Part shown: piece by piece, positions 21,289 to 31,632 of the stretch
Numbering within the stretch: position 1 is the stretch's first letter
Layout: each line of letters begins with the position of its first letter
NCBI GenBank assembly: GCA_965219415.1
Contig: OZ244742.1
Coordinates: 1,792,001 to 1,856,000 of the forward strand
Length of the DNA: 64,000 nucleotides
From: Candidatus Marinacidobacterales bacterium
GTDB lineage: Bacteria; Acidobacteriota; Vicinamibacteria; Marinacidobacterales; DATDRI01
Direction: 5' to 3'
Translations under genes and position numbers: made by a program
Notes under the pieces: generated by a model
Told to the model about the DNA's origin: nothing
The model's input: only the letters and a program-made list of their open reading frames with translations
Databases searched by the model: none

Positions 21289-23217
21289 ATGACAATCCGT
21301 CCGTACGGGAGCTGGAAATCCCCCATCACTTCCAAGGCCATTGTAGCGGGAGTCGTCGGGATCGGTAGCGCGATATTCGACGGAGAGGATATTTGGTGGG
21401 CGGAAACGCGGCCGCAGGAAGGCGGTCGCAGCGTCATCGTTCGGCGAAGAACCGATGGTACGGTGGCCGATGTCATTCTCCCGCCTTTCAACGCACGCTC
21501 CCGTGTCCACGAATACGGCGGCGGGGCATTCACCGTGAGAAACGGAACTGTCTACTTTGCTAATTTCAAGGATCAGCGCGTGTATCGCACGGCGGGGGGG
21601 TCGGCGCCGGAGCCGGTGACGCGGCAAGGCTCGATGCGATACGCGGACTTCGCCGTGGCTCCGGGACGCGAACGCCTCATCGCGGTGCGCGAAGACCACA
21701 GCGACGAGGATCGAGAACCGGCCAACGCGCTCGTCTGGTTAGACCCGGTCGACGCGGACATCGGGACCGTCGCGACGGAGGGGAACGATTTTTATTCCTC
21801 GCCTCGTTTCAGCGCCGACGGAAGCCGCCTCGCCTGGCTCACGTGGAACCGCCCCAACATGCCGTGGGATGGAACCGAGCTCTGGGTCGCGGCAGTGCAC
21901 CCGGACGGGACGTTGGTGGACGCCGAGCTCGTCGCGGGTGGATCCAAAGAATCCGTTTTTCAGCCGGAATGGTCGCCGGATGGCCTGCTGCACTTCGTCT
22001 CCGACCGAACCGGATGGTGGAATTTATATCGCGCGAAGGAGGGCGACACGGAAGCCCTATGTCCTCGTGAATTCGAGTTTGGACTTCCCCAGTGGGTATT
22101 CGGCATGACGACGTACGGTTTCGAGTCCGCCGGCAACATCATCTGCAGCTACCATGACGCCGGGCGTGTTCATTTGGCTCGGCTCGATACGAAATCAGGC
22201 GACCTTGGCGAGATCGAAACACCCTACGCCGAGATCGAGAACCTATTAGTCGGAGCCGGTCAGGCGCTCTTCCAAGGTGGGGCGCCGGATCGACAATCGG
22301 AGCTCGCAAGGATCGATTTGCGCTCGGGTGAGACCGAGGTCCTTCGCCGTTCGAGCGCGCTCGAGATCGAACCGGCCCTCCTCTCGATCCCGGAGGCCAT
22401 CGAGTTTCCCACTGGGGACGGCGCCACGGCCCACGCATTTTTCTATCCACCGAAAAACGATCGCTTCCAGGCTCCCGAGAATGACAAGCCGCCCTTACTC
22501 GTTCTCAGTCACGGCGGACCCACCGCTGCCACCGATACGGCATTGAATCCCGCCATCCAGTACTGGACTAGCCGCGGCATCGCGGTGGCGGACGTGAATT
22601 ATGGCGGGAGTACGGGCTACGGCCGTGCCTATCGGGAACGACTAAAGGACCGGTGGGGTATCGTGGACGTGGACGACGCGGTGAACGCGGCGAAGTATTT
22701 GATCGATGCGAGCCGAGTGGATCCGAAACTTCTCGCCATTCGAGGCGGGAGCGCCGGCGGCTATACGACGTTGGCCGCTCTCACGTTCCGAGATCTATTC
22801 AAAGCCGGCGCTTCGTATTACGGGGTCTGCGATCTAGAGGTTTTGGCTCGAGACACCCACAAGTTCGAGTCCCGCTACTTGGATTCATTGGTGGGGCCTT
22901 ACCCGCAGAAGGCCGACGTCTACCGAAGCCGCTCGCCCATCCACTTTGCCGAAAAACTCGCTTGCCCTATCATTTTCTTCCAGGGACTCGACGACAAGGT
23001 CGTCCCACCTAACCAGGCGGAGCTGATGTTCGAGGCGGTGCGCAAGGCGGGTCACCCAACCGCTCACATAGCGTTCGAGGGAGAGGGGCACGGCTTCCGC
23101 AAATCGGAGAACATCAAACGGGCGCTGGACGCGGAGCTCTATTTCTACGGCAGGGTGTTCGGTTTTTCACCCGCCGATGACATTGAGCCGGTGAAGATAG
23201 AGAACCTTGCGGACTGA
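21289..23217 (+). CDS. S9 family peptidase (dipeptidyl aminopeptidase/acylaminoacyl peptidase)
   Basis: PYGSWKSPI, HGGPT, GGSAGGY, QGLDDKVVPP and EGHGFR. Confidence 0.94.
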   Translation: MTIRPYGSWKSPITSKAIVAGVVGIGSAIFDGEDIWWAETRPQEGGRSVIVRRRTDGTVADVILPPFNARSRVHEYGGGAFTVRNGTVYFANFKDQRVYRTAGGSAPEPVTRQGSMRYADFAVAPGRERLIAVREDHSDEDREPANALVWLDPVDADIGTVATEGNDFYSSPRFSADGSRLAWLTWNRPNMPWDGTELWVAAVHPDGTLVDAELVAGGSKESVFQPEWSPDGLLHFVSDRTGWWNLYRAKEGDTEALCPREFEFGLPQWVFGMTTYGFESAGNIICSYHDAGRVHLARLDTKSGDLGEIETPYAEIENLLVGAGQALFQGGAPDRQSELARIDLRSGETEVLRRSSALEIEPALLSIPEAIEFPTGDGATAHAFFYPPKNDRFQAPENDKPPLLVLSHGGPTAATDTALNPAIQYWTSRGIAVADVNYGGSTGYGRAYRERLKDRWGIVDVDDAVNAAKYLIDASRVDPKLLAIRGGSAGGYTTLAALTFRDLFKAGASYYGVCDLEVLARDTHKFESRYLDSLVGPYPQKADVYRSRSPIHFAEKLACPIIFFQGLDDKVVPPNQAELMFEAVRKAGHPTAHIAFEGEGHGFRKSENIKRALDAELYFYGRVFGFSPADDIEPVKIENLAD

Positions 23218-23231
23218 GAACACGTAACCGT

Positions 23232-23272
23232 CTGCCAAGAACTGCGTCGCTTTGCTATGCAGCTCTTGGCAG
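23232..23272. terminator. Long imperfect hairpin between convergent genes
   Basis: CTGCCAAGA-A-CTGC...GCAG-C-TCTTGGCAG, a 9+4 bp stem with no U-tract. Confidence 0.5.
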
Positions 23273-24325
23273 TCCGGGTTAACGCGCTGGTCGGGTGACT
23301 TACTTCTCGCTCTGCTCGTCCAGAATCTTCTGATTCTTTTCCTTCTGCCTCCAGGCAGCACCCATGCTTTCTCTCAGATTTTCTGGCAAGTCTTCCAAGG
23401 GAACCACGAGGTCACCTTCCACAGGCCAATCCTCGAGTAGCTCAGGGTAGTATCCCTTGGGATAGTACTCTGCAGGATCGATTTGCTGGTCGCGCACAAA
23501 CGGCTCTTGAATCTCGTTACGACTGGTTGGCGGGTGAGGCACAACCAACTGGCCATTGGTGAAATCAAATTGCGGAGCACGGCTGTTGGGAAACTCGGGC
23601 AGGATACCTTCTCGAACCCAAATCATATCCTTGGTCATGTTGACGACAATCCCGTCCGGCGCTCCAAAATGATACGGCCCCTTCCAGTGTTCGCGAACCT
23701 CTGCCACGGTTTCTTCATTGAGAAATGGATCGAAGTTCATATGGGTGGTCATGAACATTCTCGGCTGGATTTGATTAGCCAAGTAACCCGAGGCATATGC
23801 GGGGGTATGATGCGTATCTACGGTGTAGCGCGCCAGGAACGGTGGTACGCCTTGTACGCCCGAATTAATTTCCACGAGTTCCGGCTGTAGTTCTGTGCCA
23901 TAGAGGTCGCAGCCTTTGGCGTACTCGGTATCGAGCTTGCTTGCACGGCCGTCCCCGGTCCAGACAAAACACATGCCGTTCCAATCGAGGCGATACGCGG
24001 ATGCACCGTCTTTGGCATGTGAACGCTGCCAATGAATGACTTTGACGCCATTCTTTTCATAGACCACGCCACCATTGTCACGACAATCGAATTCATTAAC
24101 CTGTATGTCATGGCCCTGACCTACCGGGAACACACTAAAGGCATCTCGATGCCAACCCAGCATCATCTTCATGCCTTCAACCATCGTTCTTGTACCGTAT
24201 TCAGGTGTTCGCCCTGAAGGCCCGTGAATGGTCAAGGGTTCATGCCAGCCACCGGCCCAGGTGCCAAACATCCATAGATAGGGAAGCGAGCCAAAGTGGT
24301 CCACATGCAAGTGTGTGATAAAAAG

Positions 24326-25710
24326 GGGTCTACGCGGATTCGTGTGGGTTGAAAACTGCATTTCTGGGTAATGGCGAAAGGAAAGTCGCCACGATCTTCA
24401 GCTTGAGATATTCCTCGTCGCGATAGCCGTAGGGCGCGTCGTTGCAGAACACGGATTTTGTTGTTGACCCCTTCAACTAGGCCGAGACTGACTTTGTTCT
24501 CCGGATGACAGTAGGAGGCGATACCATCCCAATGGGACTCAATCATACCGGCGAACTTCTGGTACGGATGCAGGCGTTGCCATTTGAGGCTGTCTTTCCA
24601 ACGAGTGAAAAAGGCGCGAGCGCCGCGTTCGGTGCGGTAACCCCAGAGTTGCCCGAAGGCCTCCTTCAAAATATAGGCGGTGTTCAGGCGCCGGTTGGCC
24701 TGGAGCAACTTTTTGAGTGCGCGGCGACCGTCTAGGCTCAGGTTCTCCCGCCGGGAAAGCAAAGTGTAACGCTGCCCCTTGATGTACGACCGGTCCTTGC
24801 CGCTGAGGCGTTTGTACTCACCGCGCCGGACCTCATCGAGGGCCTTTGACAGATGACGCATGATATGAAACTTGTCGGAGATGATCCGCGCATTAGGCGC
24901 GTTGTGAATCACCGAGTTCCGGAAGGGCTTCCACATATCCATGGCGGCCAGCTTGATACGGGCGCTTTTCTTTCCGCCCAGCGCCTTGAAGAACAAATCG
25001 ATGTCGGTTTCTTTGCGACCCTCACCGCCCACCCAGATGGGACGCGCCCGCTCCAGGTCGCTGACAATGACGCGATAGTTATGTCCCTTGCGGATGGAGA
25101 TCTCATCGACACCGATGGCCCGAGGCGCCGGTAGCCCCGCCCGGTCGACCTGCTCTTGCATGTAGAGCGTATCCAGAGCCTTCACCGTACCGTGGTGCAG
25201 ACGTTCCATCTCGGCCACCGCCTTGTTCGGCATATCCCGGCACAGCTTGCCCACATGCGTCGCAAAACGCTGGGTGTAGCGCGAGTTGTTCGCCAGCCAG
25301 TCTAGGTGTTCTACATGCACACCGCCGCACCCAGAACAGTTGACGCGCCAACGCTCGTATTCCAGATAGATCCGCCAGCCTGCCAACGACAGGTCGCGGA
25401 CCCGGCACACTTGCTTGTCATAGCGCCCCCGGCACCGTTGCCCACAGTAAGAGCACACAGCTGTTTTTTTCGCCTCTTGAGCTGGATGACGCGGGCGTAT
25501 CGGTCACCGAATAGACCCTTCAACCCGGCACCAACCACGAAACCTGGCAGCGCAAACAGCGAGCGGATCGACTGGGAATTTTTCACTCGGTTAGCCTATC
25601 CTAAAAATGGACCACTTTTCAGCACCTGATGAAGTACTCGATACCTTTTCCACACAATGAGTTACACTGTTTTTCCGTCAGAACTTACCCACACGAATCC
25701 GCGTAAACCC
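24326..25710 (-). mobile_element. ISL3-family insertion sequence, 1385 bp
   Basis: 24-bp terminal IRs GGGTCTACGCGGATTCGTGTGGGT and ACCCACACGAATCCGCGTAAACCC (1 mismatch). Flanking direct repeat ATAAAAA(G/C) at 24318-24325 and 25711-25718. Confidence 0.95.
24330..25586 (-). CDS. ISL3 transposase, split at an A7 run (25464-25470) with an extra C near 24433
   Basis: Zn finger CSYCG...CSGCG, IGVDE, AMDMW, DKFH and EGVNNKI. The corrected C-terminus RRAYGYRDEEYLKLKI...HESA* ends inside the IR. Confidence 0.92.
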
Positions 25711-26373
25711 ATAAAAACTTGCTTTATTTGATTGAGAGCGACTCGCGCGGCAACGTAATTGGCTACCGCACCTTCTCCCATATCAAATACGAAGTTGTCA
25801 CCATTGCCCAGCTCAACGTAAATTGATGTATTCACCTGCCCTGGGCGAATGTTAGGTGCCGTGCCCATAAATGTTACGCGCATTTTCATTGGGCTGAACT
25901 TCTTCGGTGCCCGGGAACCAGTTGGCTGCACTTTTCAGCCAGGGCATGGGCCTGATGCCTTCGAATAGCAAACCTTCTTTCCACCGTCCCATGGGGACGC
26001 CGCCGGTCAGCGCCTTTTTGATGGCCTCCTGGTCGGATGGTTCCTGCACCGGAGGCGCCTGGGCATGAATCGAATTAGAAACGGTACTCAGCAGCAGAAC
26101 CGCCAGTACACTAAGAAGTCGGGATATTTTCTTTCGCAATGAGATTCTCCTTTTGAACAAAATGTTGTATTCGTACGAATCGAGGAATTGTTCGGGCGAA
26201 GCCGACGACAGATGATCTTTTCTCAGATCAAAAATCGCACAACAAGCGATGGCAGGCTGAAGACCGCGACTCTTCCTGCTTGCTGTTTATTCCGCGCGGT
26301 TCTACAAGTTCATCATCCCGAAGAGAAGTCACAACGCGATTGCGTCGCGCAACGGCTACTGCTCGGACCTAGT

Positions 26374-26874
26374 CTAGTTGCCCCTGCCGAGCTCTCTCTT
26401 GATGGCGCTGACGATCTCGCCGGTTTGTCCCACGACAAAGACTTCTTCGAGACCGTTCTCTTCATCGAAGGCTTTGAGCGCACTGACGAGCGCGCGGGTC
26501 GTCGCCGCACCGGATGGAAGCGCCGGAATGGCCACCGACCGCAACCCGCTCCCCGCCGCGCAGCGAAGAGCGGCGAGGGTGGACTGCTTTACGACCTCGG
26601 GATCGAGGGAATCCGATCTTCCGCCCATCGGGGCGTGGATCACGTACTTGCAGCGAAGGCGTCCTCCGGTGGTGAGCATCGCTTCTCCGACCTGAACCGG
26701 ACCGCGGGCGACCGCCTCTGATTCGACTTCACGCCCCGCCCGCTCAACTAACCTTCGAGGCTTGCGAGCCGTGCCGCCGGCCTGGCCGATTCCCTGTGAG
26801 GTCGCGTCGGCAGGGTTCACCACAGCGTCCACGTCGACCTCGGCGATATCGCCCCGAACGGCAAGTATCTTCAT
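26374..26874 (-). CDS. Macro domain protein (divergent)
   Basis: VRGDIAEVDVDAVVNPAD, GEAMLTTGGRL, YVIHAP and SVAIPAL. Confidence 0.85.
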   Translation of the reverse strand: MKILAVRGDIAEVDVDAVVNPADATSQGIGQAGGTARKPRRLVERAGREVESEAVARGPVQVGEAMLTTGGRLRCKYVIHAPMGGRSDSLDPEVVKQSTLAALRCAAGSGLRSVAIPALPSGAATTRALVSALKAFDEENGLEEVFVVGQTGEIVSAIKRELGRGN

Positions 26875-26979
26875 CTTCGACTCCCCGGAACCCCTCAGTT
26901 AACCGGTGACATTAAAGCACTTGTGAGAAGCGAACCCCCGCTCCCCCGCAGCCGCGCCAAGCTTGTTGGGGTGGAAAAC

Positions 26980-27010
26980 GAACAATGCAACCACGTGATG
27001 TAAATGTCAA
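26980..27010 (-). promoter_or_regulatory. Putative sigma70 promoter for the macro domain gene
   Basis: Minus-strand TTGACA (27005-27010), 17 nt spacer, then CATTGT; leaves a leader of about 100 nt. Confidence 0.5.
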
Positions 27011-27032
27011 GTCCGAATCGGCGCATCCCCGT

Positions 27033-27935
27033 TCACGGACGCGACGGAAGCTGCGGAAGCAAAACCCGCAAGGCGTTGGGGCGGATCTCCAACTGAACCG
27101 GTACTTTTCCGGCAGGCTCGCCGTCCAGTTGGTAGTGCTGGCCGGCCGTAGCCACCACCTCCAACCGCTCGGCGTGGAAATGCACGACGTCCTTGAACTT
27201 CACGTGAAATCCACCCGCCACCCCGAAGAGGTAGCGGAGGTAGTCGAACCCACTGCGTCCTTGAAACACGACCACATCCAGCATCGGTTCTTCGAGACGG
27301 GCCTCGGGCGTGATAACGTAACCGCTCCCGTAGCACCGAACGTTCCCGGCCACGACCCCTGTTCCCACGACCTCTTTGCCATCCACGAGAACCTTCAAAG
27401 GGGCGAACGCATAGCTGGCGAGCAATCGGAAACCCAGCAGCCAGAAGGCGAATGTTCCCAACCGCTTCTTGAATCCCGCATCAAGGCGATGAACCACTTC
27501 CCCGTCGATCCCGATTCCGGCCATCAAGAGGAACGGTCGATCTCCCGCCATTCCCACCGGGATGCCCCTCGGCTCACCTTCGACCAGTAGGCGGCAGGCC
27601 TTATCCAAGTCGAAGGGAATGCCAGTGTCTCTGGCGAATACGTTCACCGTTCCACCGGGGAGAACGCCTAACGGCGTTTCGGATCCGAGCATCCCCCGGG
27701 CGACCTCGTTGACCGTTCCGTCGCCACCCCAGGCGATGACCAACGGGATTTTGCGCTGGAGTGCGTCGCCGGCAAGCTCGGTGGCGTGCCCCGGCCGACG
27801 CGTGGGCGCAGGCTCGGCTTCTAGGCCGAGCGCTTCCAACCGCGACAAGAGATCGGGAAGCCTAAGCTCTTTTCGCCTTCCGCGCCCGGACTCGGGGTTG
27901 TAGACGAGAATCGCCTTCGTCCCCCTGGTCACCAT
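27033..27935 (-). CDS. Diacylglycerol/lipid kinase family (YegS/Rv2252/BmrU)
   Basis: NPESG, GGDGTVNE, PGGTVN, GIGIDG and QLDGE. Confidence 0.93.
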   Translation of the reverse strand: MVTRGTKAILVYNPESGRGRRKELRLPDLLSRLEALGLEAEPAPTRRPGHATELAGDALQRKIPLVIAWGGDGTVNEVARGMLGSETPLGVLPGGTVNVFARDTGIPFDLDKACRLLVEGEPRGIPVGMAGDRPFLLMAGIGIDGEVVHRLDAGFKKRLGTFAFWLLGFRLLASYAFAPLKVLVDGKEVVGTGVVAGNVRCYGSGYVITPEARLEEPMLDVVVFQGRSGFDYLRYLFGVAGGFHVKFKDVVHFHAERLEVVATAGQHYQLDGEPAGKVPVQLEIRPNALRVLLPQLPSRP

Positions 27936-27941
27936 GACGGC

Positions 27942-28532
27942 CTACGACGGCGCTACCGCCACTTCGAACTCGTCGTGAAGAACTCCGTAGTCCGCGACCT
28001 CGGTGTCGAGGGAAATAGTCCAGCGAATTCGCCCTTGAGAATCCTTGAAGGTTGTCGGCGCGTCCGAGGGTACGGGAAGCTCGATTTCGAAATGCTGGCT
28101 CGCGCCGGGTGAGATGGACAACCCCTCCGAGACAACGTTGACCTTCTCGTGCAAGGGATTCTCTACCCGGCCGCGCGGGGTGATTTTCTGATCGATGCAG
28201 CGAAGCTGAACCGCGACGCGTGTCAAGCTCAAGGCTCTTCGCGCCTGGAGCATGATCTCGAGACGAAATGCCTCACCGGGCCGAGCGCGATCGTCTTCTA
28301 GTCCCAGATCGAAACGTGCGAACGGTTGGCGGTCCCAACGATATAGGCCACCCAGGCCGGCCCGAAAAAGATTGACTAGGATCAATGCCCACCCCACTCC
28401 TAGCAACCAGCCATCAATTCGCCCCTGATAGTAGCGGGCCAGATAGAGATAGACCAGGGAGAGCAGCACCGCAAGCAAGACGGACATCAGCAATCGTCGT
28501 TTCCCCTGGGCGATGAGCGAAGTCCGAATCAT
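27942..28532 (-). CDS. Hypothetical membrane protein with arrestin/Ig-like C-terminal domain
   Basis: Two TM helices, then a beta-rich domain (FEIELPVPSDAPTTF...IRWTI). Confidence 0.65.
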   Translation of the reverse strand: MIRTSLIAQGKRRLLMSVLLAVLLSLVYLYLARYYQGRIDGWLLGVGWALILVNLFRAGLGGLYRWDRQPFARFDLGLEDDRARPGEAFRLEIMLQARRALSLTRVAVQLRCIDQKITPRGRVENPLHEKVNVVSEGLSISPGASQHFEIELPVPSDAPTTFKDSQGRIRWTISLDTEVADYGVLHDEFEVAVAPS

Positions 28533-28693
28533 GTTCGCCTACTATATTCTAAACCGCACAACCGGTCTCACTACGGATTACAATGCGTGCAATGGTCTCT
28601 TCTTCCTTTAACCCCTCTCCCTTTGGGACGCTAGAGCGTCAAATGAGGCCGTGCCGCTATCAAGGTCGTCAGACGCCGGGTGAGGGCTGAGCG

Positions 28694-29587
28694 ATGCCAA
28701 TACGCGGGGGGCATGGGCAACCGGTGGACTTCGTCGGGGTGGGCCATCTCGCGATCGATTATCGGGACGGCGAACGGGTCCTCGGCGGGGCGGCGGCCTA
28801 CGCGTGTCTCACCGCCGCACGATTAGGCCTCTCAACCGCTATGGTCACCGCGGTGGGTCGGAACTTCGATCTTTTTGGCCCCCTTGACGGAATCGAGATC
28901 CACTATCGTCAGTCGAATGACAGCACGACTTTCCACAACGAATCCCGGCGTGGCGAGAGGCACCAACGCCTGTCCAGCCGAGCCTTCAGTATCCGGGAGC
29001 AAGATCTCACTGCGCTCCGATCGAAGCTTGCCGAAGATGCCGCCGTCCTCTATTGTCCTATTGCTCAGGAGGTCGAGGCACCGTTGAGTCGTCTTACGCG
29101 GCGTGGCCGCTGCGGCGTGGCACCACAGGGATTCTTTCGTCGATGGGACGAAGGAGGCACGGTTCAACGATGTGCATGGAAAGGGGTGGCAGCAGCATTG
29201 ACGGAGGTCGATCTCGTCTCTGTAAGCGAGACGGATCCGCCCGATATCGACCTCATGGTTCGCTTGGCCGTCGATAAGGCGACGCTGGCCGTTACTCAAG
29301 GGGTGCGCGGAGCCCGGATCTATACCAAAAAGGTCTGTTACCTGGTACCGGCTTTCGAACGAAGAGACCATGACCCGACAGGGGCCGGTGACGTCTTCGC
29401 TGCAGGTTTTCTGGTCGCGCTCCGGGAAGGCCAGGAAGCAATCGACGCCGCGCAGTTCGCCACATGCACCGCGTCCTTCGCCGTAGAGAAGGCAGGCGTC
29501 ATGGGCGTACCTCCAAGCCGAGAGGCGGTGGAGGCGCGCCTCTCGGAGTACCGTGCCCACTATCGACCTCGAGAGCTCGAGCCGTGA
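28694..29587 (+). CDS. PfkB family carbohydrate kinase
   Basis: LGGAAAY and the PfkB signature DPTGAGDVFAAGF. Confidence 0.92.
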   Translation: MPIRGGHGQPVDFVGVGHLAIDYRDGERVLGGAAAYACLTAARLGLSTAMVTAVGRNFDLFGPLDGIEIHYRQSNDSTTFHNESRRGERHQRLSSRAFSIREQDLTALRSKLAEDAAVLYCPIAQEVEAPLSRLTRRGRCGVAPQGFFRRWDEGGTVQRCAWKGVAAALTEVDLVSVSETDPPDIDLMVRLAVDKATLAVTQGVRGARIYTKKVCYLVPAFERRDHDPTGAGDVFAAGFLVALREGQEAIDAAQFATCTASFAVEKAGVMGVPPSREAVEARLSEYRAHYRPRELEP

Positions 29588-29856
29588 AGGATCCCCGACT
29601 CGAATCGTACTGCGAGCAGGTCGAGACGTTCTTCTTCCGCTGGAAGGAGCGCCCGGGTCTCTTCTCCCCTGAGGACTTCGCCCTCGTAAAGAAATGGTTT
29701 TCCGACGGGGTTTCACTAGGCGTCGTTCTAGAAGCCATCGAGGCGGCGTTCCAGTCGAGGCTGTCCGGGCAGGAAGTCGAAGAAGTGAATAGTCTCAGTT
29801 TTTGTGAGCCCTTCATCCGGCAGGCTATGGCTCACCGAAAGCATACCCCCGGCTAG
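29584..29856 (+). CDS. Small hypothetical protein (DnaD-like helical domain)
   Basis: GTGA overlap with pfkB; FSPEDFALVKKW...VVLEAIEAAF...VNSLSFC. Confidence 0.6.
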   Translation: MKDPRLESYCEQVETFFFRWKERPGLFSPEDFALVKKWFSDGVSLGVVLEAIEAAFQSRLSGQEVEEVNSLSFCEPFIRQAMAHRKHTPG

Positions 29857-29901
29857 CCTGGTTCGCCTGGCTGGCCCGGTTAGAAAAACTAGGACGAGAC
29901 G

Positions 29902-31632
29902 ATGCTGTCTCGCATCCTCAACGAGCGACAGGAGAAGCTCCTCGCCAAGGAGCGAAAATTTCTACGCGCGTTGCACGTCGCCCTAGTGGACCTCGAGGTC
30001 GATGCCGAAGATCGAGCGACGTTCGAAACCTCCATTCAGCAGCTCGACGAGCTCTTTCTCTTGGTTGTCGTCGGCGAATTCAACGCCGGCAAAAGCGTAT
30101 GCATCAATACGCTTATCGGCGCCGCCGTCCTCGAGGAGGGCGTCACTCCGACGACCGAGCGCATTTGCCTACTCAAGTATGGCGAAGAGACCGGACGGCA
30201 GTCCGAAGATGGTCCCGTCGACATCATCACCGCACCGGTGGAGCTCTTGACGGAAATCAACGTCGTCGATACGCCGGGTACTAATGCCATCCACCGCGAG
30301 CACGAGACCATCACACGCGATTTTGTGCCTCGCTCGGACTTGGTTCTTTTCGTCACGTCGGCGGACCGTCCGTTCACCGAAAGCGAACGAGACTTTCTGG
30401 AGAGCATCCGCGATTGGGGCAAGAAAATCGTCGTCGCCATCAATAAGATCGACATTCTGGAAAGCGAAGAAGAGCTGAGCCGTGTCGTGCGTTTCGTGTC
30501 GGAGAACCTGAAATCCCTCCTTGAAGTTCAACCGGAGATCTTTCCCATATCGGCACGCCAGGCCCTCAGGGCCAAAACAGAGGGCGAGACGGCTGTCAAC
30601 AACGGCAGCGCCTTCGACAAACTCGAGCAGTTCATCATGTCCACCCTGGACGAAGGGGAGCGTGTTCGCCTCAAGCTCCTCAATCCGATCGGAGTAGGTC
30701 AGAATCTAGTCCAAAAGTGCCTCGCGCAGGTAGACACCCAACTCGAGCTCCTGACGGTGGATTTTCGCGCTCTGGAAGAAATCGAACGTCAGCTTTCTCT
30801 CTACAAGGAAGACCTGGAAAGGGACTTTTGCTTTCGACTTTCAGACATCGACAACGCGCTCCTCGATTTCGAGACCCGCGGCAACGAGTACTTCGAAGAA
30901 ACGATGCGCCTAGCTCGGGTCTTCGACCTCGCGAACAAATCGAAAGTCAAGAGTGACTTCGAGAAGAAGGTGGTGGCCGATCTGCCTCAAGTCATCGAGC
31001 AACGGGTGACCGGTGTTATCGACTGGATGATCGAAGCCGAGCTGCGTCAATGGCAAGCGGTGACGGAATACTTGGAATCCCGTAAGACCCAGGAGTCCGA
31101 GAGAATGGTCGGTAAGGTGGGAGGCTTCGAGTACGACCGCGAGCGCCTGCTCGATACCGTCGGACGAGCCGCACGCCGCGCCGTCGACAGCTACGATCGA
31201 AACAAAGAATCCACCCGGCTGGCGGAATCGGTTCAAACCGCAGTGACCGGGGCCGCACTGCTAGAGGTAGGGGCGGTCGGCCTCGGGACGATCATGACGA
31301 TGGTCGCAAGCACGACCCTAGCCGACATGACCGGCATTCTCGCCGCCGGCGTCTTGTCGGCCCTCGGCTTCCTCGTCATACCCGCGAAACGAAGGAAGGC
31401 CAAACGAGAACTCCACCGTAAGGTCACCGACCTTCGCGAACAGCTGATGAGCGCACTCAACTGGGAATTCGATCGCGAGATCGAGCAGAGCTTGGCCCGC
31501 ATCCGCGAGGCGATTTCACCGTACACTCGGTTCGTCCGCGCCGAGCATATCCGACTAAGTGACGGACAGAACGAGCTCGCCCGTATCCGCGATGGACTGA
31601 ATAAGCTCAAGTCCGACGTGAAATCGCTCTAG
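29902..31632 (+). CDS. Bacterial dynamin-like GTPase (FZL-like)
   Basis: G1 GEFNAGKS, G2 TPTT, G3 DTPG and G4 NKID; coiled coil and hydrophobic paddle. Confidence 0.92.
   Translation: MLSRILNERQEKLLAKERKFLRALHVALVDLEVDAEDRATFETSIQQLDELFLLVVVGEFNAGKSVCINTLIGAAVLEEGVTPTTERICLLKYGEETGRQSEDGPVDIITAPVELLTEINVVDTPGTNAIHREHETITRDFVPRSDLVLFVTSADRPFTESERDFLESIRDWGKKIVVAINKIDILESEEELSRVVRFVSENLKSLLEVQPEIFPISARQALRAKTEGETAVNNGSAFDKLEQFIMSTLDEGERVRLKLLNPIGVGQNLVQKCLAQVDTQLELLTVDFRALEEIERQLSLYKEDLERDFCFRLSDIDNALLDFETRGNEYFEETMRLARVFDLANKSKVKSDFEKKVVADLPQVIEQRVTGVIDWMIEAELRQWQAVTEYLESRKTQESERMVGKVGGFEYDRERLLDTVGRAARRAVDSYDRNKESTRLAESVQTAVTGAALLEVGAVGLGTIMTMVASTTLADMTGILAAGVLSALGFLVIPAKRRKAKRELHRKVTDLREQLMSALNWEFDREIEQSLARIREAISPYTRFVRAEHIRLSDGQNELARIRDGLNKLKSDVKSL

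Larger units (their letters stand above)
23300..26160 (-). pseudogene. Secreted MBL-fold metallo-hydrolase (RNase Z/AtsA-like), disrupted by ISL3 and a frameshift near 25887
   Basis: Removing the IS restores ...FDMGEG...IKQVF|ITHLHVDH (HxHxDH motif), with WTGDG and HHTP downstream; signal peptide ends IHA-Q. Confidence 0.85.

Noticed and set aside
23222-23285. Integron attC site (AAC...GTT-bounded hairpin after the MBL gene)
   Set aside because: R/L box spacing and extrahelical bases do not fit on either strand, and there is no integrase or second site.
26880-26980. tRNA or riboswitch in the macrodomain leader
   Set aside because: There is no cloverleaf, T-loop or recognisable aptamer consensus, only one hairpin.
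15967-31632. Anti-phage defence island (HNH, kinase, macro domain, dynamin)
   Set aside because: The genes are scattered among ordinary metabolic genes and are not operonic, and the kinase-TPR architecture is a common signalling type.
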